Positions 42,409 to 53,001 of a stretch of DNA of 64,000 nt are shown here, piece by piece; within the stretch, counting starts at the first letter, position 1; every line of letters starts with the position of its first letter. The notes beneath the pieces were generated by a model. The model searched no databases and had not been told where the DNA came from. It worked only from the letters and a program-made list of their open reading frames with translations. The translations under genes and the position numbers were made by a program. Source of the stretch: an uncultured delta proteobacterium (GTDB lineage Bacteria > Myxococcota_A > Polyangia > Polyangiales > B10-G4); NCBI GenBank assembly GCA_963727445.1, contig CAVSGI010000009.1, positions 160,001 to 224,000 of the forward strand, read 5' to 3'.

Positions 42409-44676
42409 ATGAAGGAGACGCACCAGACCTTCTGTCGCATCTGCGAGGCGCTTTGCGGTCTCGAGGTCGATGTCGAGGCCGATCGAATCACGGCGGTACG
42501 CCCGGACTCGGCGCACGTGGCGACGCGGGGCTTCGCGTGCGTCAAGGGCCTCAAGCAGCATCGGCTCTACGGCTCACCGGACCGGCTGCTCCATCCGCTG
42601 TGGCGAAAGAACGGCGAACTCGTTCGCGCGCAGTGGGATGAGGTCAACGCAGACATCGGCGACCGACTCCGCTCGTTGATCGACGCCCACGGACCCGATG
42701 CAGTCGGCATGTACGTCGGCACCGCGGCGGGCTTCGGCGTGCTTCATCCCGTCTTCGCACAGGGTTTCATGACGGGCCTCGGCTCGAAGAGCATGTACTC
42801 GTCGGCGACGCAGGACTGCGCCAACAAGTTCGCGGTCGCCCATCACGTCTACGGATTCTGCTTCACGCAACCCTTCCCCGACATCGACCGCACCGAGTGC
42901 TTGATCATCGTCGGCGCGAACCCCGCCATCTCCAAATGGAGCTTCCTTCAGGTCCCGAACCCCATCGGGCGCCTCAAATCCCTCGAGGCACGGGGCGCGA
43001 AGCTCTGGGTCGTCGACCCGCGCCGCACCGAGACGGCGAAGGTCGCCGGTGAGCACGTCTTCATCCGACCGGATACCGATCTCTTCTTTTATCTCGCGTT
43101 CCTGAACGAGCTCATCGCCGTCGGCGGGGTCGACGAGGCGCTGGTCGACGAGCACACCACCGGCTTCGACGAGGTCCGGAAGTTCGCGGAGAGCTGGACG
43201 CCGGAGCGCGGCGCCGAAGTGACCCGCATCCCCGCCGACACGCTGAGGGCGATGGTCCGCAGCTACGCGGAGGCCGACGGTGCCGCGCTCTACAGCTCGA
43301 CCGGCGTCAACATGGGGAGCAACGGCTCCCTCTGCTTCTGGCTCCAGGAGGTGATCAACGTCGTAAGCGGCAACGTGGACCGGCGCGGCGGTACGCTCGT
43401 CGGGCGCGGCGTGATCGACTTCCCGCGCTTCGGGAAGAAGAACGGCGTGCTCACTCGACCGGACCGTTCGCGCATCGGCGGGTTCGCCTCGGTGAACGAC
43501 GGCTTCCCGGGCGGCACCCTCGCCGACGAGATCCTCACCGAGGGCCCGGGTCAGATCCGCGCGCTCTTCGTGACCGGCGGAAACCCGCTGCTCACCATGC
43601 CGAACTCCGCGCGCCTCGCGCGCGCCCTCGAGTCCCTCGAGCTTCTCGTCGTCCTCGACATCCTCCCGACCGAGACCGCGACGATCGCGACGCACGTGCT
43701 GCCCTGCACGGCGCCTCTCGAGAGGCCGGACCTCCCCTTCGTCTTCCCGTTGATGCTCGGGATGCAGGCGCGCCCGTACCTCCAAGCGACGCGCCGGGTG
43801 GTCAAGCCCTTCGGCGCCCAGCGCGACGAAGCGACGATCTACCTCGATCTCGCCCGCGCCGCCGGGGCGCCGCTCTTCGGCAGCTGGGCCTTTCAATGGG
43901 CGATGGAGGCTGCGCGCGCGCTCCACTCGTCGAAGCTCTCGGACGAGCAGCCCTCGATCCCGCAGGAGGCGCTCCTGTCGCTTCTCCTGCGACTCACTCG
44001 CCAGGGTAGCTTCGAGGCGCTACTCGAGAGCGCGCACGGTCGCCTCCGGGAAGACCACGCGGGCGGTGACTTCCTCGGGGAGCGCGTGACCACCGACGAC
44101 GGCCGGATCCACCTCGCACCCCCGGTTCTCGTCGCACAAGCGAAGGCGCGCATCGAGCCCACCTACGCGCGCGAGCTCCAGTGCGGTGATGGTCTCAAGC
44201 TGATCACACGCCGACAGGTCACCACCCACAACAGCTGGACTCACAATCTCGACGGTTTCGTCGGTGGCGAGCGCGCCACCAACTATCTCTACGCGCACCC
44301 GGACGACCTCGGCCGGCTCGGTCTGACGGACGGTGCGATTGTCGACGTCGAGAGCGCGACCGCGACGGTGCGGCTGCCCGTGCGCGCGCTCGCGGACTTG
44401 ATGCCCGGCACGGTGGCCCTTCCGCACGGTTGGGGACACCAACACGCAAAAGGGCTGAGTATCGCCAGCAAGACGCGCGGCGTGAACGTGAACCTACTCG
44501 CGGCCGACGGCCCCGACTCCCTCGAGCGCGTGAGCGGGATGGCGCACCTGACCGGGATTCCGGTACAGGTGCGCCTCGCGCGCGGGCCCCACGATCCGGC
44601 GCACTGGTCTGGGCTGCCCGAGAGCGAGCGGCCCCCAGCTCAGGGCGCGTCCTGGATGCGGTGGAGCAGGCGGTAG
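42409..44676 (+). CDS. Molybdopterin-dependent oxidoreductase
   Basis: CRICEALCG..C Fe-S motif, GANP, DPRRTETA, GGNP, PHGWG. Confidence 0.9.
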   Translation: MKETHQTFCRICEALCGLEVDVEADRITAVRPDSAHVATRGFACVKGLKQHRLYGSPDRLLHPLWRKNGELVRAQWDEVNADIGDRLRSLIDAHGPDAVGMYVGTAAGFGVLHPVFAQGFMTGLGSKSMYSSATQDCANKFAVAHHVYGFCFTQPFPDIDRTECLIIVGANPAISKWSFLQVPNPIGRLKSLEARGAKLWVVDPRRTETAKVAGEHVFIRPDTDLFFYLAFLNELIAVGGVDEALVDEHTTGFDEVRKFAESWTPERGAEVTRIPADTLRAMVRSYAEADGAALYSSTGVNMGSNGSLCFWLQEVINVVSGNVDRRGGTLVGRGVIDFPRFGKKNGVLTRPDRSRIGGFASVNDGFPGGTLADEILTEGPGQIRALFVTGGNPLLTMPNSARLARALESLELLVVLDILPTETATIATHVLPCTAPLERPDLPFVFPLMLGMQARPYLQATRRVVKPFGAQRDEATIYLDLARAAGAPLFGSWAFQWAMEAARALHSSKLSDEQPSIPQEALLSLLLRLTRQGSFEALLESAHGRLREDHAGGDFLGERVTTDDGRIHLAPPVLVAQAKARIEPTYARELQCGDGLKLITRRQVTTHNSWTHNLDGFVGGERATNYLYAHPDDLGRLGLTDGAIVDVESATATVRLPVRALADLMPGTVALPHGWGHQHAKGLSIASKTRGVNVNLLAADGPDSLERVSGMAHLTGIPVQVRLARGPHDPAHWSGLPESERPPAQGASWMRWSRR

Positions 44677-46613
44677 TCCATGCCGCTGCCGCCGCTCGAG
44701 GAGTCGACGAAGACCGCTCCGATACCGCGGGGGATCACGATGCTGTTGATGCGCGAGCCGTACTCGTACCCGTCCACGTAGGACGACGTGCCCATGGTCG
44801 AGTCGTAGCCGCGGCAGTCGGTGGCTCCCATCGAGGCGCCGTCGTCGTTGCAGGTGACCTGCATGCCGGTCTGTGCGCTGCGCGTGTACATTCGCGGGTC
44901 GTAGTTGACCATCCCGTCGGTCCGTTCGTACTCGGGGCGGGTGCGGAAGAAGAACCCGATGTAGTCGCTGCGGCAGAGGCTGAAGGTCTGGGGCTGGCCG
45001 CCGCAGGTGACGAACCAGCGCGCGTCCTCGCCCGAGGAGGCGCCGCCACAGGACCCCGCGGTCACGCTGCTTCCGACGAGCTGCGTGGAATCTGTCACGT
45101 CGTCGCCTTGCAGGGGCGCGTCGTAGAAGAACGACGCGACGTCCTCGGCCATGTACTGGACGTGCAGCGTGAAGTCGCCGGTGGTGCAGCCGCCGACGGA
45201 GATCGAGTAGGTCCCGGCGGTGAGCCACCCGTAGAGGCGCGCGTCGCGCGTTCCCCAGCCGGCCGCCGAGCCGCAGGAGTGATCGTCCTGGCACCACACC
45301 TCGCCGTCTCCTGCCGTGACGACGGCGCCGGCCGAGTCCGTCAGGAAGAGCTTGGTGTCGAAGGAAGAGCCCTGGGTGTCGACGTAAAGGACGCCGTCCT
45401 GAGGCAGGGTGACGCTGTACCAGACGTTGCCGCCGCCGGTGCAGCCGCGGCACTCGGTGCCGCTGGTCGGGCCGTCCTTGGTGGCGTCGGTGGTGGTGCC
45501 CATGACGGTGACCTCGGCCGCGTCGAGGGGCACGTCGATCGCGCCGGAGCGCGGGTCGTTCATCGGGCGGCAGCGGCCGGTGGAGCACATCGTCGTCGAA
45601 GAACAGGCCATGCCGCAGCCGCCGCAGTTCATGTCGTCGCTCTGCGGGTCGACACAGGAGCCGCCACACGGGATCTCACCCATCGCGCAGGTGGACGCCA
45701 TGCAGGAGCCGGAGACGCAGGTGGGCATGCCGCCGGAGCAGATGTTGCCGCAGGACCCGCAGTTGGCCGAGTCGATGTCGGTGAGCGTGCAGGAGCCGCT
45801 GCAGAGCGTGGTGGGGGAGGGGCAGGTGCACGTGCCGCCGACGCAGGTCTGGCCCGCGTCGCAGGTCGTCCCGCAGGAGCCGCAGTTCGCGACGTCCGTG
45901 TCGGTATCGGTGCACGCGCCGCCACAGATCTCGGTGCTCCCGCCACAGCCACACGCGCCGCCGGTGCAGACCTGGCCGCTCGGGCAGGGCATGTCACATC
46001 CGCCGCAGTGCGCAGCGTTGGTGTCGGTGTCGACGCAGACCTCGTCGGCGCCCGTGCCGCAGAGCATGCGTGGCGAAACGCAGGCGTCGGTGCAGGAGCC
46101 GCCCGCGCAGGACTGACCCATCGGGCATTCCATGCCGCATGCGCCGCAGTTGGCGCTGTCGGTCATGGTGTCGACGCACGCCGCGCCGCAGCGCATCTCG
46201 CCGCCCATGCAGCTGGCGGCGGTGCAGGTGCCGTCGATGCACGACTCGTCAGGACCGCAAGCCCGGCCGCAGGTGCCGCAGTTCGTGTTGTCGCTCTGGA
46301 CGTCGATGCAGCCGCTGCCGCAATCCGCCATCCCGGCGCCGCACATCATCATCGCCTGACACGAACCCGACGAGCAGCTCTCGTCGAGCGCGCAGAGATT
46401 GCCGCAGCTGCCGCAGTTGTTGATGTCGGTGTCGGTGTTCACGCAGCCGCCGCCGCAGGAAGTGAGGCCGCCGGTGCACGTGGTTCCGGTGTCGGTTCGT
46501 CCGGTGTCGGTGCTGCCGTCGATGGGCAGTACGCCGCCGTCGTCGCCGCAACCAGCGAGCGCGAGGAGCGTGACGAGGGAGAAGGAGAGGGTGAGCGAGC
46601 TCTTGCGGGTCAT
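44640..46613 (-). CDS. Myxobacterial Cys-rich repeat lipoprotein (MXAN_6577-like)
   Basis: LAGC lipobox; many C..TD..NCG.CG..C repeats. Confidence 0.85.
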   Translation of the reverse strand: MTRKSSLTLSFSLVTLLALAGCGDDGGVLPIDGSTDTGRTDTGTTCTGGLTSCGGGCVNTDTDINNCGSCGNLCALDESCSSGSCQAMMMCGAGMADCGSGCIDVQSDNTNCGTCGRACGPDESCIDGTCTAASCMGGEMRCGAACVDTMTDSANCGACGMECPMGQSCAGGSCTDACVSPRMLCGTGADEVCVDTDTNAAHCGGCDMPCPSGQVCTGGACGCGGSTEICGGACTDTDTDVANCGSCGTTCDAGQTCVGGTCTCPSPTTLCSGSCTLTDIDSANCGSCGNICSGGMPTCVSGSCMASTCAMGEIPCGGSCVDPQSDDMNCGGCGMACSSTTMCSTGRCRPMNDPRSGAIDVPLDAAEVTVMGTTTDATKDGPTSGTECRGCTGGGNVWYSVTLPQDGVLYVDTQGSSFDTKLFLTDSAGAVVTAGDGEVWCQDDHSCGSAAGWGTRDARLYGWLTAGTYSISVGGCTTGDFTLHVQYMAEDVASFFYDAPLQGDDVTDSTQLVGSSVTAGSCGGASSGEDARWFVTCGGQPQTFSLCRSDYIGFFFRTRPEYERTDGMVNYDPRMYTRSAQTGMQVTCNDDGASMGATDCRGYDSTMGTSSYVDGYEYGSRINSIVIPRGIGAVFVDSSSGGSGMDYRLLHRIQDAP

Positions 46614-46689
46614 GGGGCCTCGAGGGTGGAGGCCACTGGATATCTGGTTGCTGGCGACTCGGTCAAGATCGCCAGGTGGGGAGCAGGCA

Positions 46690-48057
46690 CTAGGACGCGA
46701 CGGCGCCACCATTTCTCAGGCTGGGAACGCGCACGACGAACTCGCTCCCCTCGCCGGGCTGACTGGACACGGTGATGGTCCCACCGAGGAGCTCCACGAA
46801 GTGCTTCGTGATGGTGAGGCCGAGGCCGGTGCCTCCGTATTCCCGCGTCGTGGTGGCGTCGGCCTGCCGGAAGGACTCGAACACGTGCTCCTGCTGCTCG
46901 GCCGTCATCCCGATGCCATCGTCGGATACGACGAACTCGACCCCGTCCCGGCCATCGAGGCTCACCTTCTTCGCCACCAGGCTGACGCGGCCATCCTTGG
47001 TGAACTTGGCCGCGTTGCTGAGCAGGTTGAAGAGGATTTGTCGCAGACGCGTGCTGTCGGAGACGACCGTGGCGACGTCGTCGGGGGTGTGATGCTCGAA
47101 GACGTTCCCGTTGCGCTTCACCAGAGGCTCGACGGCGGCCGCGACGGACCGCGTCAGTTCGCCGACGTCCAGCTCCTCCAACAACAGCTCGACCTTGCCC
47201 GCCTCGATCTTGGCGACGTCGAGGACGTCGTTGATGAGCCCGAGGAGGTGCTTGCTCGACGCCATGATCTTGCCGAGGTCGTCGACGCATTGGTCGAGCC
47301 CGGCCTCCTCCACCTCCTCCTGGACGAGCTCGGCGTATCCGATGACCGCGTTCAGAGGAGTGCGAAGCTCGTGGCTCATGTTGGCGAGGAAAGTGCTCTT
47401 GGCGCGGCTGGCAGCCAGCGCTCTATCGCGCGCTTCCACCGCCTCCTCTCGCTGCCTCTCCGTATCCTCGTTGGCGGTCTCGAGCTTTCGAGTGAGCTCG
47501 ATCCGTTCGACCGCCGAAGCGTGCAGGGTGAGGCTCGTGCTCGACATCGCGATGATGAACACCGTCAACAGGAACGCGATGCCCGCGCCCCCGCCCTCCG
47601 GAAAGAACGCGTGATAGACGACCTGAGGGACCATCGCGAAGACGATGAAGACGATCGCTGGTCCCCGGACCGGAGCGTAGGTCGCGACCCCGCCCGCGCT
47701 GTAAAGCGCCACGGTGACGAGCAGGTATTCGGTCGCGTGCGGCACCCCGTGCATCTTCAGGTTCAAGAAGATCGCGTTGTAGAGGATGCCGAGGCCCGCC
47801 AGCTGAACGGATAGCCCGAGCCCCCAACGCCTGGCGGTCTCCTCCGAACGCGTTTCGCGGTTGTACCAACGCGTCGCTGCGATCGTGAGGATCGTGTATC
47901 CGAGCAGAGCGGCGACGAAAGCGAGATTCGACGGGTTCGCGCGCTCCCAGCCGATCACGAGGACGAAGATCGCGATCAAGGCATGGGAGGAGACGCCCCG
48001 TATGCGCTGGCGTTGCGCGGCGTCGACGCCCTCCGCAAAGACCGATCTCGCCTCCAT
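46690..48057 (-). CDS. Membrane sensor histidine kinase
   Basis: Multiple TM segments; ANMSHELRTPLN, NLLSNAAKFT, DDGIG, GGTGLGL. Confidence 0.95.
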   Translation of the reverse strand: MEARSVFAEGVDAAQRQRIRGVSSHALIAIFVLVIGWERANPSNLAFVAALLGYTILTIAATRWYNRETRSEETARRWGLGLSVQLAGLGILYNAIFLNLKMHGVPHATEYLLVTVALYSAGGVATYAPVRGPAIVFIVFAMVPQVVYHAFFPEGGGAGIAFLLTVFIIAMSSTSLTLHASAVERIELTRKLETANEDTERQREEAVEARDRALAASRAKSTFLANMSHELRTPLNAVIGYAELVQEEVEEAGLDQCVDDLGKIMASSKHLLGLINDVLDVAKIEAGKVELLLEELDVGELTRSVAAAVEPLVKRNGNVFEHHTPDDVATVVSDSTRLRQILFNLLSNAAKFTKDGRVSLVAKKVSLDGRDGVEFVVSDDGIGMTAEQQEHVFESFRQADATTTREYGGTGLGLTITKHFVELLGGTITVSSQPGEGSEFVVRVPSLRNGGAVAS

Positions 48058-48082
48058 GGTTTCCCGCCGCCGCGATCTCAGC

Positions 48083-48307
48083 TCAGCGCGCGCCCCACCA
48101 CCCGACGAACTCCTCCCAGTCGATCACGTCGTTCTCGTTTGCGTCGAGGATCTTCATGCCGGTCTCCACGTCGGCCTCCGAGAACTTCGGGTCGAGCGTC
48201 CGCAGGAGAGACCTGAACTCGTGCCGATCGATCACACCGTTCTTGTCTGCGTCGAAGTGATCGAAGGTTTCCTTGAGCTCCGTGAGCTCCTCGTCGCTGA
48301 GTGACAT
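48083..48307 (-). CDS. Small two-EF-hand protein
   Basis: DADKNGVIDRHE and DANENDVIDWEE loops; 74 aa. Confidence 0.88.
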   Translation of the reverse strand: MSLSDEELTELKETFDHFDADKNGVIDRHEFRSLLRTLDPKFSEADVETGMKILDANENDVIDWEEFVGWWGAR

Positions 48308-48344
48308 GGTTCGCTTTCTATCACCAAATCGGTGGAATCACCGC

Positions 48345-50747
48345 TCAGTCGACGGTGATGCTCTTGGAGACGTTTTTCGGTGCGTCGGGATGGACCCCGT
48401 GGTCCCGGATGCCGAGAGACTCGAGGTGAGCGAGCTTCTTTTCGCTCATGCGGAGCGCGAGGAGCTGGAGGGCGACCGAGGCGCTGAAGGTGCTCATCAA
48501 GGTGTCGCCGGTCTGGGGGAGTGTGACGTAGACGGCGCGGTAGTCGTCCCGGCCGGCGGGGGGGCGTTCCGCGGTCGCGCGGAGCCGAGAGTCCTCCTCG
48601 GCGATGACGATGGTGCTCGCGCCCCGGATCTTGTGCGTGTTGATCTGCGAAATTGTCAGATCGATGTCACGGGCGTCCGGTCCGGTGATGAAGACGAGCG
48701 GATAGTCCGCGTAGAGAGCGTCGACCGTGGTCTCTAGACCGCGGCGAACGAGCTCCGCCGCGCGCGCTCGGTCGTCGCCACCTTCTTCGATGTCCTTCGC
48801 GAGCGCGTCGAGCAGCGCCTGGACCTGGGCCACCCCGAACACCGTGTTGAACCCGAGGATGGTGTTCGGGCCATGCTTGAACTCGCTCGCCTCGAAGCCC
48901 TCGGTGTGGTTGAGGACGACCTCGCGAACCTTGAGCGCGCCTTCTTTCGCGACCGCGAGGAGGCGGGTGGCGAGCAGATGCATCGACGGAGCCAGATAAG
49001 CGAGCTCCGCGGCGCGGGCGATGCTCGGCGCGGTCTCCTCGAGCGTCCGGCGGACGAGCGCTGGCAGGTCCGGCAGGGGCCGCTCCGGAAGACCTCGCGC
49101 CTCCCCGAGCCGGCGCGCGAGGCCGTAGAAGACGGTGAGCTGGTTCAGGAAGCTCTTGGTCGCGGGGACGGCGATCTCCGGGCCGCAGTGCAGAGGGACG
49201 ACGACGTCGCTCTTCTCCTGCGCGAGGGTCGAGTTGAGGTTGTTCACGACGCCCACGATGCTGACGTCCTTTTCGCTCCGTCGGACGAGATCGACGATGT
49301 CGAGGAGGTCCTTGGTCTCGCCGGACTGGCTCACGCCCACCAGGATGTCCCCGTCGGTGAACGTGCGGGCGTACTGAGCGCGAAACTCGCCCGGCAAGAG
49401 CGGGATGACTTCGGCGTGCGCGAGCTCTCCGAAGAACGTGCTCGCCGCCTTCGCTGCGTGATAGCTGGTGCCGCAACAGACGAGGTAGATCCTGTTGCCG
49501 GCGTCGAGGGCTCGCTGCATGCGAGCGGTCGTCTCTTCCACGCCGCCGACGAGCTCGTTCACCTCACTCGCCTCGATGTACGCGTCGACGCCGCGCAGGA
49601 GCGCCTCGTGCTCGGGGACGAGCTGGATCAAATCCGACAGGACGGCGCGCTCCTCGGAAGAGAGCGGCGTCGTCTGGTCGAGCGAGCCGATGCGGGTGAG
49701 GTCGGGCGCGGTCGCGGTCGCGGCGAGCGCACGCACCGAGCGCACGAGGTCGTCGTCGGCGTACTCACCGCGAAGCTCGGCGAGCACGCGGTCGAGCTCG
49801 GCGACTTCCGACGCTGGCCAGCCCGTTTCGGCTTCGGCCATTGCTCGCGCTCGGGTCGAGCCGCCTTGGAACATGCGGAGGGCATCGCGAACCGTCTCCG
49901 GCTGTGCGTGGATCTCCTGTTCCATGAACGTGCGGAAGGAAGGCTGGAGAACTGCATCCTCGACGCGGAGGCGAGAGCGGAGCGGCTCGCGCGCGAGCAC
50001 CGTGCCCTCGTCACCATCGAGGCGCACGACCTCGTAATCCGTCGCCGTGTAGAAGATCGCCTCGCCTTCGGCGAGCGGCACGAGGACCTTGGTCTGCTTG
50101 AGCACGCTCGAGAGGTCGGAGCTCGCGATGGCGAACGGGCCGTGCTCGCCGTCGCCGATCCCGAAGTAGAGGCTCGATCCGCGCTTGATGGCGACGAGCG
50201 CTCGCGTGACGGGGTCGACGACGACCGCGGCGAAGCTGCCCTCGAGCTCGTGTGACGCAGCGACGGTGGCGCGCCGCAGTGCGGTCGATCGCGCGAGCCC
50301 CCTCTCGAGCTGCTCGGCGAAGTGGTGCTCGACCAGGTGGACGACCATCTCGCCATCGTTGTCGCTCTTGACGTCGTGGCCACGCTCGGTGAGCCACACC
50401 TTGAGCGCGTCGCAGTTCGTGACGTTGCCGTTGTGTGCACCGTAGAGGTGTGTCTTGCAGCGCACGACGTGTGGCTGAGCGTTCACCTCGTCGACGACCC
50501 CGAAGGTCGCCCACCGCACCTGCCCGCAGAACACGCGACCGCCGAGCTCGACGATGCCGAGCGAGTGGATCAGCGTCGAAGGCGCGCCGACGCCCTTCCG
50601 GAGCGTGACGCTCTCCTCCGAATCGCCCTGAATCACGGCGCCCGTCGAGTCGTATCCCCGATACTGAAGCGTCTCGAGGAGCTCACCCGCGACGACGCCG
50701 AGATCGTCCCGCGGGTGCGCGACCACCAAGCCGATGACTCCACACAT
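48345..50747 (-). CDS. Long, divergent GlmS-like glutamine amidotransferase/SIS protein
   Basis: MCGVIG, YRGYDS, RWAT, HNG, CGTSYHA, SQSGET, EFKHGP, PKNVSKSITVD; 800 aa. Confidence 0.85.
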   Translation of the reverse strand: MCGVIGLVVAHPRDDLGVVAGELLETLQYRGYDSTGAVIQGDSEESVTLRKGVGAPSTLIHSLGIVELGGRVFCGQVRWATFGVVDEVNAQPHVVRCKTHLYGAHNGNVTNCDALKVWLTERGHDVKSDNDGEMVVHLVEHHFAEQLERGLARSTALRRATVAASHELEGSFAAVVVDPVTRALVAIKRGSSLYFGIGDGEHGPFAIASSDLSSVLKQTKVLVPLAEGEAIFYTATDYEVVRLDGDEGTVLAREPLRSRLRVEDAVLQPSFRTFMEQEIHAQPETVRDALRMFQGGSTRARAMAEAETGWPASEVAELDRVLAELRGEYADDDLVRSVRALAATATAPDLTRIGSLDQTTPLSSEERAVLSDLIQLVPEHEALLRGVDAYIEASEVNELVGGVEETTARMQRALDAGNRIYLVCCGTSYHAAKAASTFFGELAHAEVIPLLPGEFRAQYARTFTDGDILVGVSQSGETKDLLDIVDLVRRSEKDVSIVGVVNNLNSTLAQEKSDVVVPLHCGPEIAVPATKSFLNQLTVFYGLARRLGEARGLPERPLPDLPALVRRTLEETAPSIARAAELAYLAPSMHLLATRLLAVAKEGALKVREVVLNHTEGFEASEFKHGPNTILGFNTVFGVAQVQALLDALAKDIEEGGDDRARAAELVRRGLETTVDALYADYPLVFITGPDARDIDLTISQINTHKIRGASTIVIAEEDSRLRATAERPPAGRDDYRAVYVTLPQTGDTLMSTFSASVALQLLALRMSEKKLAHLESLGIRDHGVHPDAPKNVSKSITVD

Positions 50748-50831
50748 CCGCGATGCGTACCACGGACCGGCCCGTCGTTCACCCCCATCCAGCCTCGCGA
50801 CAGAGCGCGTTCGAGTACACTCCCCCACTGC

Positions 50832-51827
50832 ATGAAAAGACGTCTGTCCGACAGCAAGTACATCACGACGAACGACGGCCAGCTGGGGGTCGTAGACGGG
50901 CTCGGGCCCATCTGCGACGTCCACACGCACCTCGCCCTCACCTACGTTCCCTCGGGCGACATCGACCTGTACGCGAAGGAGGTCGCTCGGCTCTATCTCG
51001 ACCCCGAGCGTGCACACGACTTCGACGTCTACATGAACAGGAACTTCGAGCCGGACGAGATGCGGCGCATGAAGATCGACTTCTCGCTCGGGTCGCTGCG
51101 CCGCGGTGGGATGCGCGGGACGCACACGGCGAAGGCGCTGGTCAATCACATGCGGCTATGCGGGGTCGAGCGCAGCGTCATCCTCGCCATCGATCTGCCG
51201 CACTCCACCGCCAACACCGACAGCTACGTGACGGTGGCGCGGGATCACGCCGAGCTCGTGCCGGCGGCGGCGATCCATCCGCTCGCGCGCGACGCAGAGT
51301 CACTGCTCCGAAGCGCCGTCGCCCGCGGCGCGAGAGCGTTGAAGATGCATCCAGCCGTGCAGCTGATGGAGCCCGACCACCCCAAGGCGATGCGGCTGTA
51401 CGAGGTGGCTGGCGAGCTCGGCATCCCCGTGGTCTGGCACTGCGGGCCGGTCGGGATCGTCTCGGAGCGCGCCGACGCGCGATGCCAGCTCAAGAACTAC
51501 TGGCGCCCCATCCACGATCTGCCGAACACCACCTTCGTGCTCGGTCACTCCGGCGCCCTTCAATACGAGATGGGCATCAAGCTCGCGCAGATGTACGACA
51601 ACGTGTACCTCGAGATCGCATCGCAGGGGGCGATGGGGCTGGATCAAATCCTGAAGTCCGCGCCCACCGACCGGATCATGAACGGCTCCGACTTCCCCTT
51701 CTATCACCAGGGATTCAGCGTCGTGAAGATCCTCGAGGCGACCGAACACGACGAAGCCCTCCGCCGTCGCCTGCTCTGGGACAACGCCGCCCGACTCTTC
51801 GATTTCGAGGAGCCCATCAAGGCGTGA
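50832..51827 (+). CDS. Amidohydrolase family 2 protein
   Basis: DVHTH, LKMHP, WHCG, LGHSG, GSDFP. Confidence 0.85.
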   Translation: MKRRLSDSKYITTNDGQLGVVDGLGPICDVHTHLALTYVPSGDIDLYAKEVARLYLDPERAHDFDVYMNRNFEPDEMRRMKIDFSLGSLRRGGMRGTHTAKALVNHMRLCGVERSVILAIDLPHSTANTDSYVTVARDHAELVPAAAIHPLARDAESLLRSAVARGARALKMHPAVQLMEPDHPKAMRLYEVAGELGIPVVWHCGPVGIVSERADARCQLKNYWRPIHDLPNTTFVLGHSGALQYEMGIKLAQMYDNVYLEIASQGAMGLDQILKSAPTDRIMNGSDFPFYHQGFSVVKILEATEHDEALRRRLLWDNAARLFDFEEPIKA

Positions 51828-52947
51828 TGGTCGGCCCCGTGTCGAGCACCTCGAAGTCGCTGCCGTGTACGGCGCGGAGTCCGCTCGAGAGGTCGTCCAT
51901 GAGCGGGTCCCAGCGGTCGTCGCTGTCGCCGCTGATGTACCAGTCGCTTCCGTTGTCGGCGAGGATCAGTCCGTAGGTCTGCATCGCGCGGAGAACGACC
52001 TGGGCCGTGGCGGGCGCACTGTCGACGGGGTAGTCGGCGCGGAGGCGCAACCGCAATCCCATGGGCGGATCATCGCTTCCTCCCGAGCCCGCCTGGTGGG
52101 TCGCGGGGTGGATGTAGCTGGGCGCGGTGGTGGACATCGTGAAGCGGATCGCGTGGTGGATCTCGCCGGCGAGCACCTCCTCGACACGCACCAGGCCCGG
52201 AAGAATGGGCAAGCCGGCTGCGTCGGCGCTCGTCCAGCCCTCCGGCCGAAGCATGTTCGTGTCGAGAGGGAAGATGGCTGCGCTGGTGACCTCCCAGCTC
52301 GAGCCGTCGAAGTTCTGCGCGTTGTACAGCTCGTAGAGCGTGCAGTGGTCGGGCGCGCCGCCGGTGTCGAGATAGAGCACGTGGCGATCGCTGCCGGAGG
52401 AAGCGCCGGGTCCGTCTTCGATGGGCGCCGTGCCCGGGATCGGATAGCAGTAGTCCCCCCCGCCTCCGGGGCAGGCGAGCATGTCGCTCTCCTCCGGCCC
52501 TCCCGAGAAGGTCAGAGGGACCGGCGTCGCGCCCGTCCCGGCGATCCACGGGATGCCGTAGTGGTCGGAGGACCAGTTCCCCCAGTCCGGATGAACCGTC
52601 CCCGACGGATTCATGTTGCCGAGGAGGGTCGAAGCGCGCGGGTGAAGGGGGAGGCTGGAGACGTCCTGGTTCCAGGGATTGTCCGCCGGAAAGACGCGAC
52701 AGCCAGAGATGAAACCGCTCATGGGCGGGCCGGCGTCCGGCCGTGGCCCGCTGTCGATGCTGCCGTCCGGCCCGCCGTCGCTGCCCGAGCCGCTGTCGCG
52801 ACTCCCGTCCGGCCGCGCGCCGGTATCGCCCCCGCCGTCGGCTGCGCCCGTGTCACCCCCGCCATCGGCCCCGCCGCCGTCGTCCCCGCAGCCGACCGCG
52901 CCGGCGAGTAGCATCAAGATGAAGAGGAATCGAATCGTCGAGCGCAT
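51817..52947 (-). CDS. Lipoprotein with conserved-looking domain of unknown function
   Basis: AVGC lipobox; FPADNPWN, DRHVL, WTSADAAGLPILPGL, HAIRFT, YGLILADNG. Confidence 0.75.
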   Translation of the reverse strand: MRSTIRFLFILMLLAGAVGCGDDGGGADGGGDTGAADGGGDTGARPDGSRDSGSGSDGGPDGSIDSGPRPDAGPPMSGFISGCRVFPADNPWNQDVSSLPLHPRASTLLGNMNPSGTVHPDWGNWSSDHYGIPWIAGTGATPVPLTFSGGPEESDMLACPGGGGDYCYPIPGTAPIEDGPGASSGSDRHVLYLDTGGAPDHCTLYELYNAQNFDGSSWEVTSAAIFPLDTNMLRPEGWTSADAAGLPILPGLVRVEEVLAGEIHHAIRFTMSTTAPSYIHPATHQAGSGGSDDPPMGLRLRLRADYPVDSAPATAQVVLRAMQTYGLILADNGSDWYISGDSDDRWDPLMDDLSSGLRAVHGSDFEVLDTGPTITP

Positions 52948-53001
52948 CGCTCCAGCATACGGTACTTGGCGCGCCCAGCGGGGGCGCTTAGCCTCCTGCT
53001 G

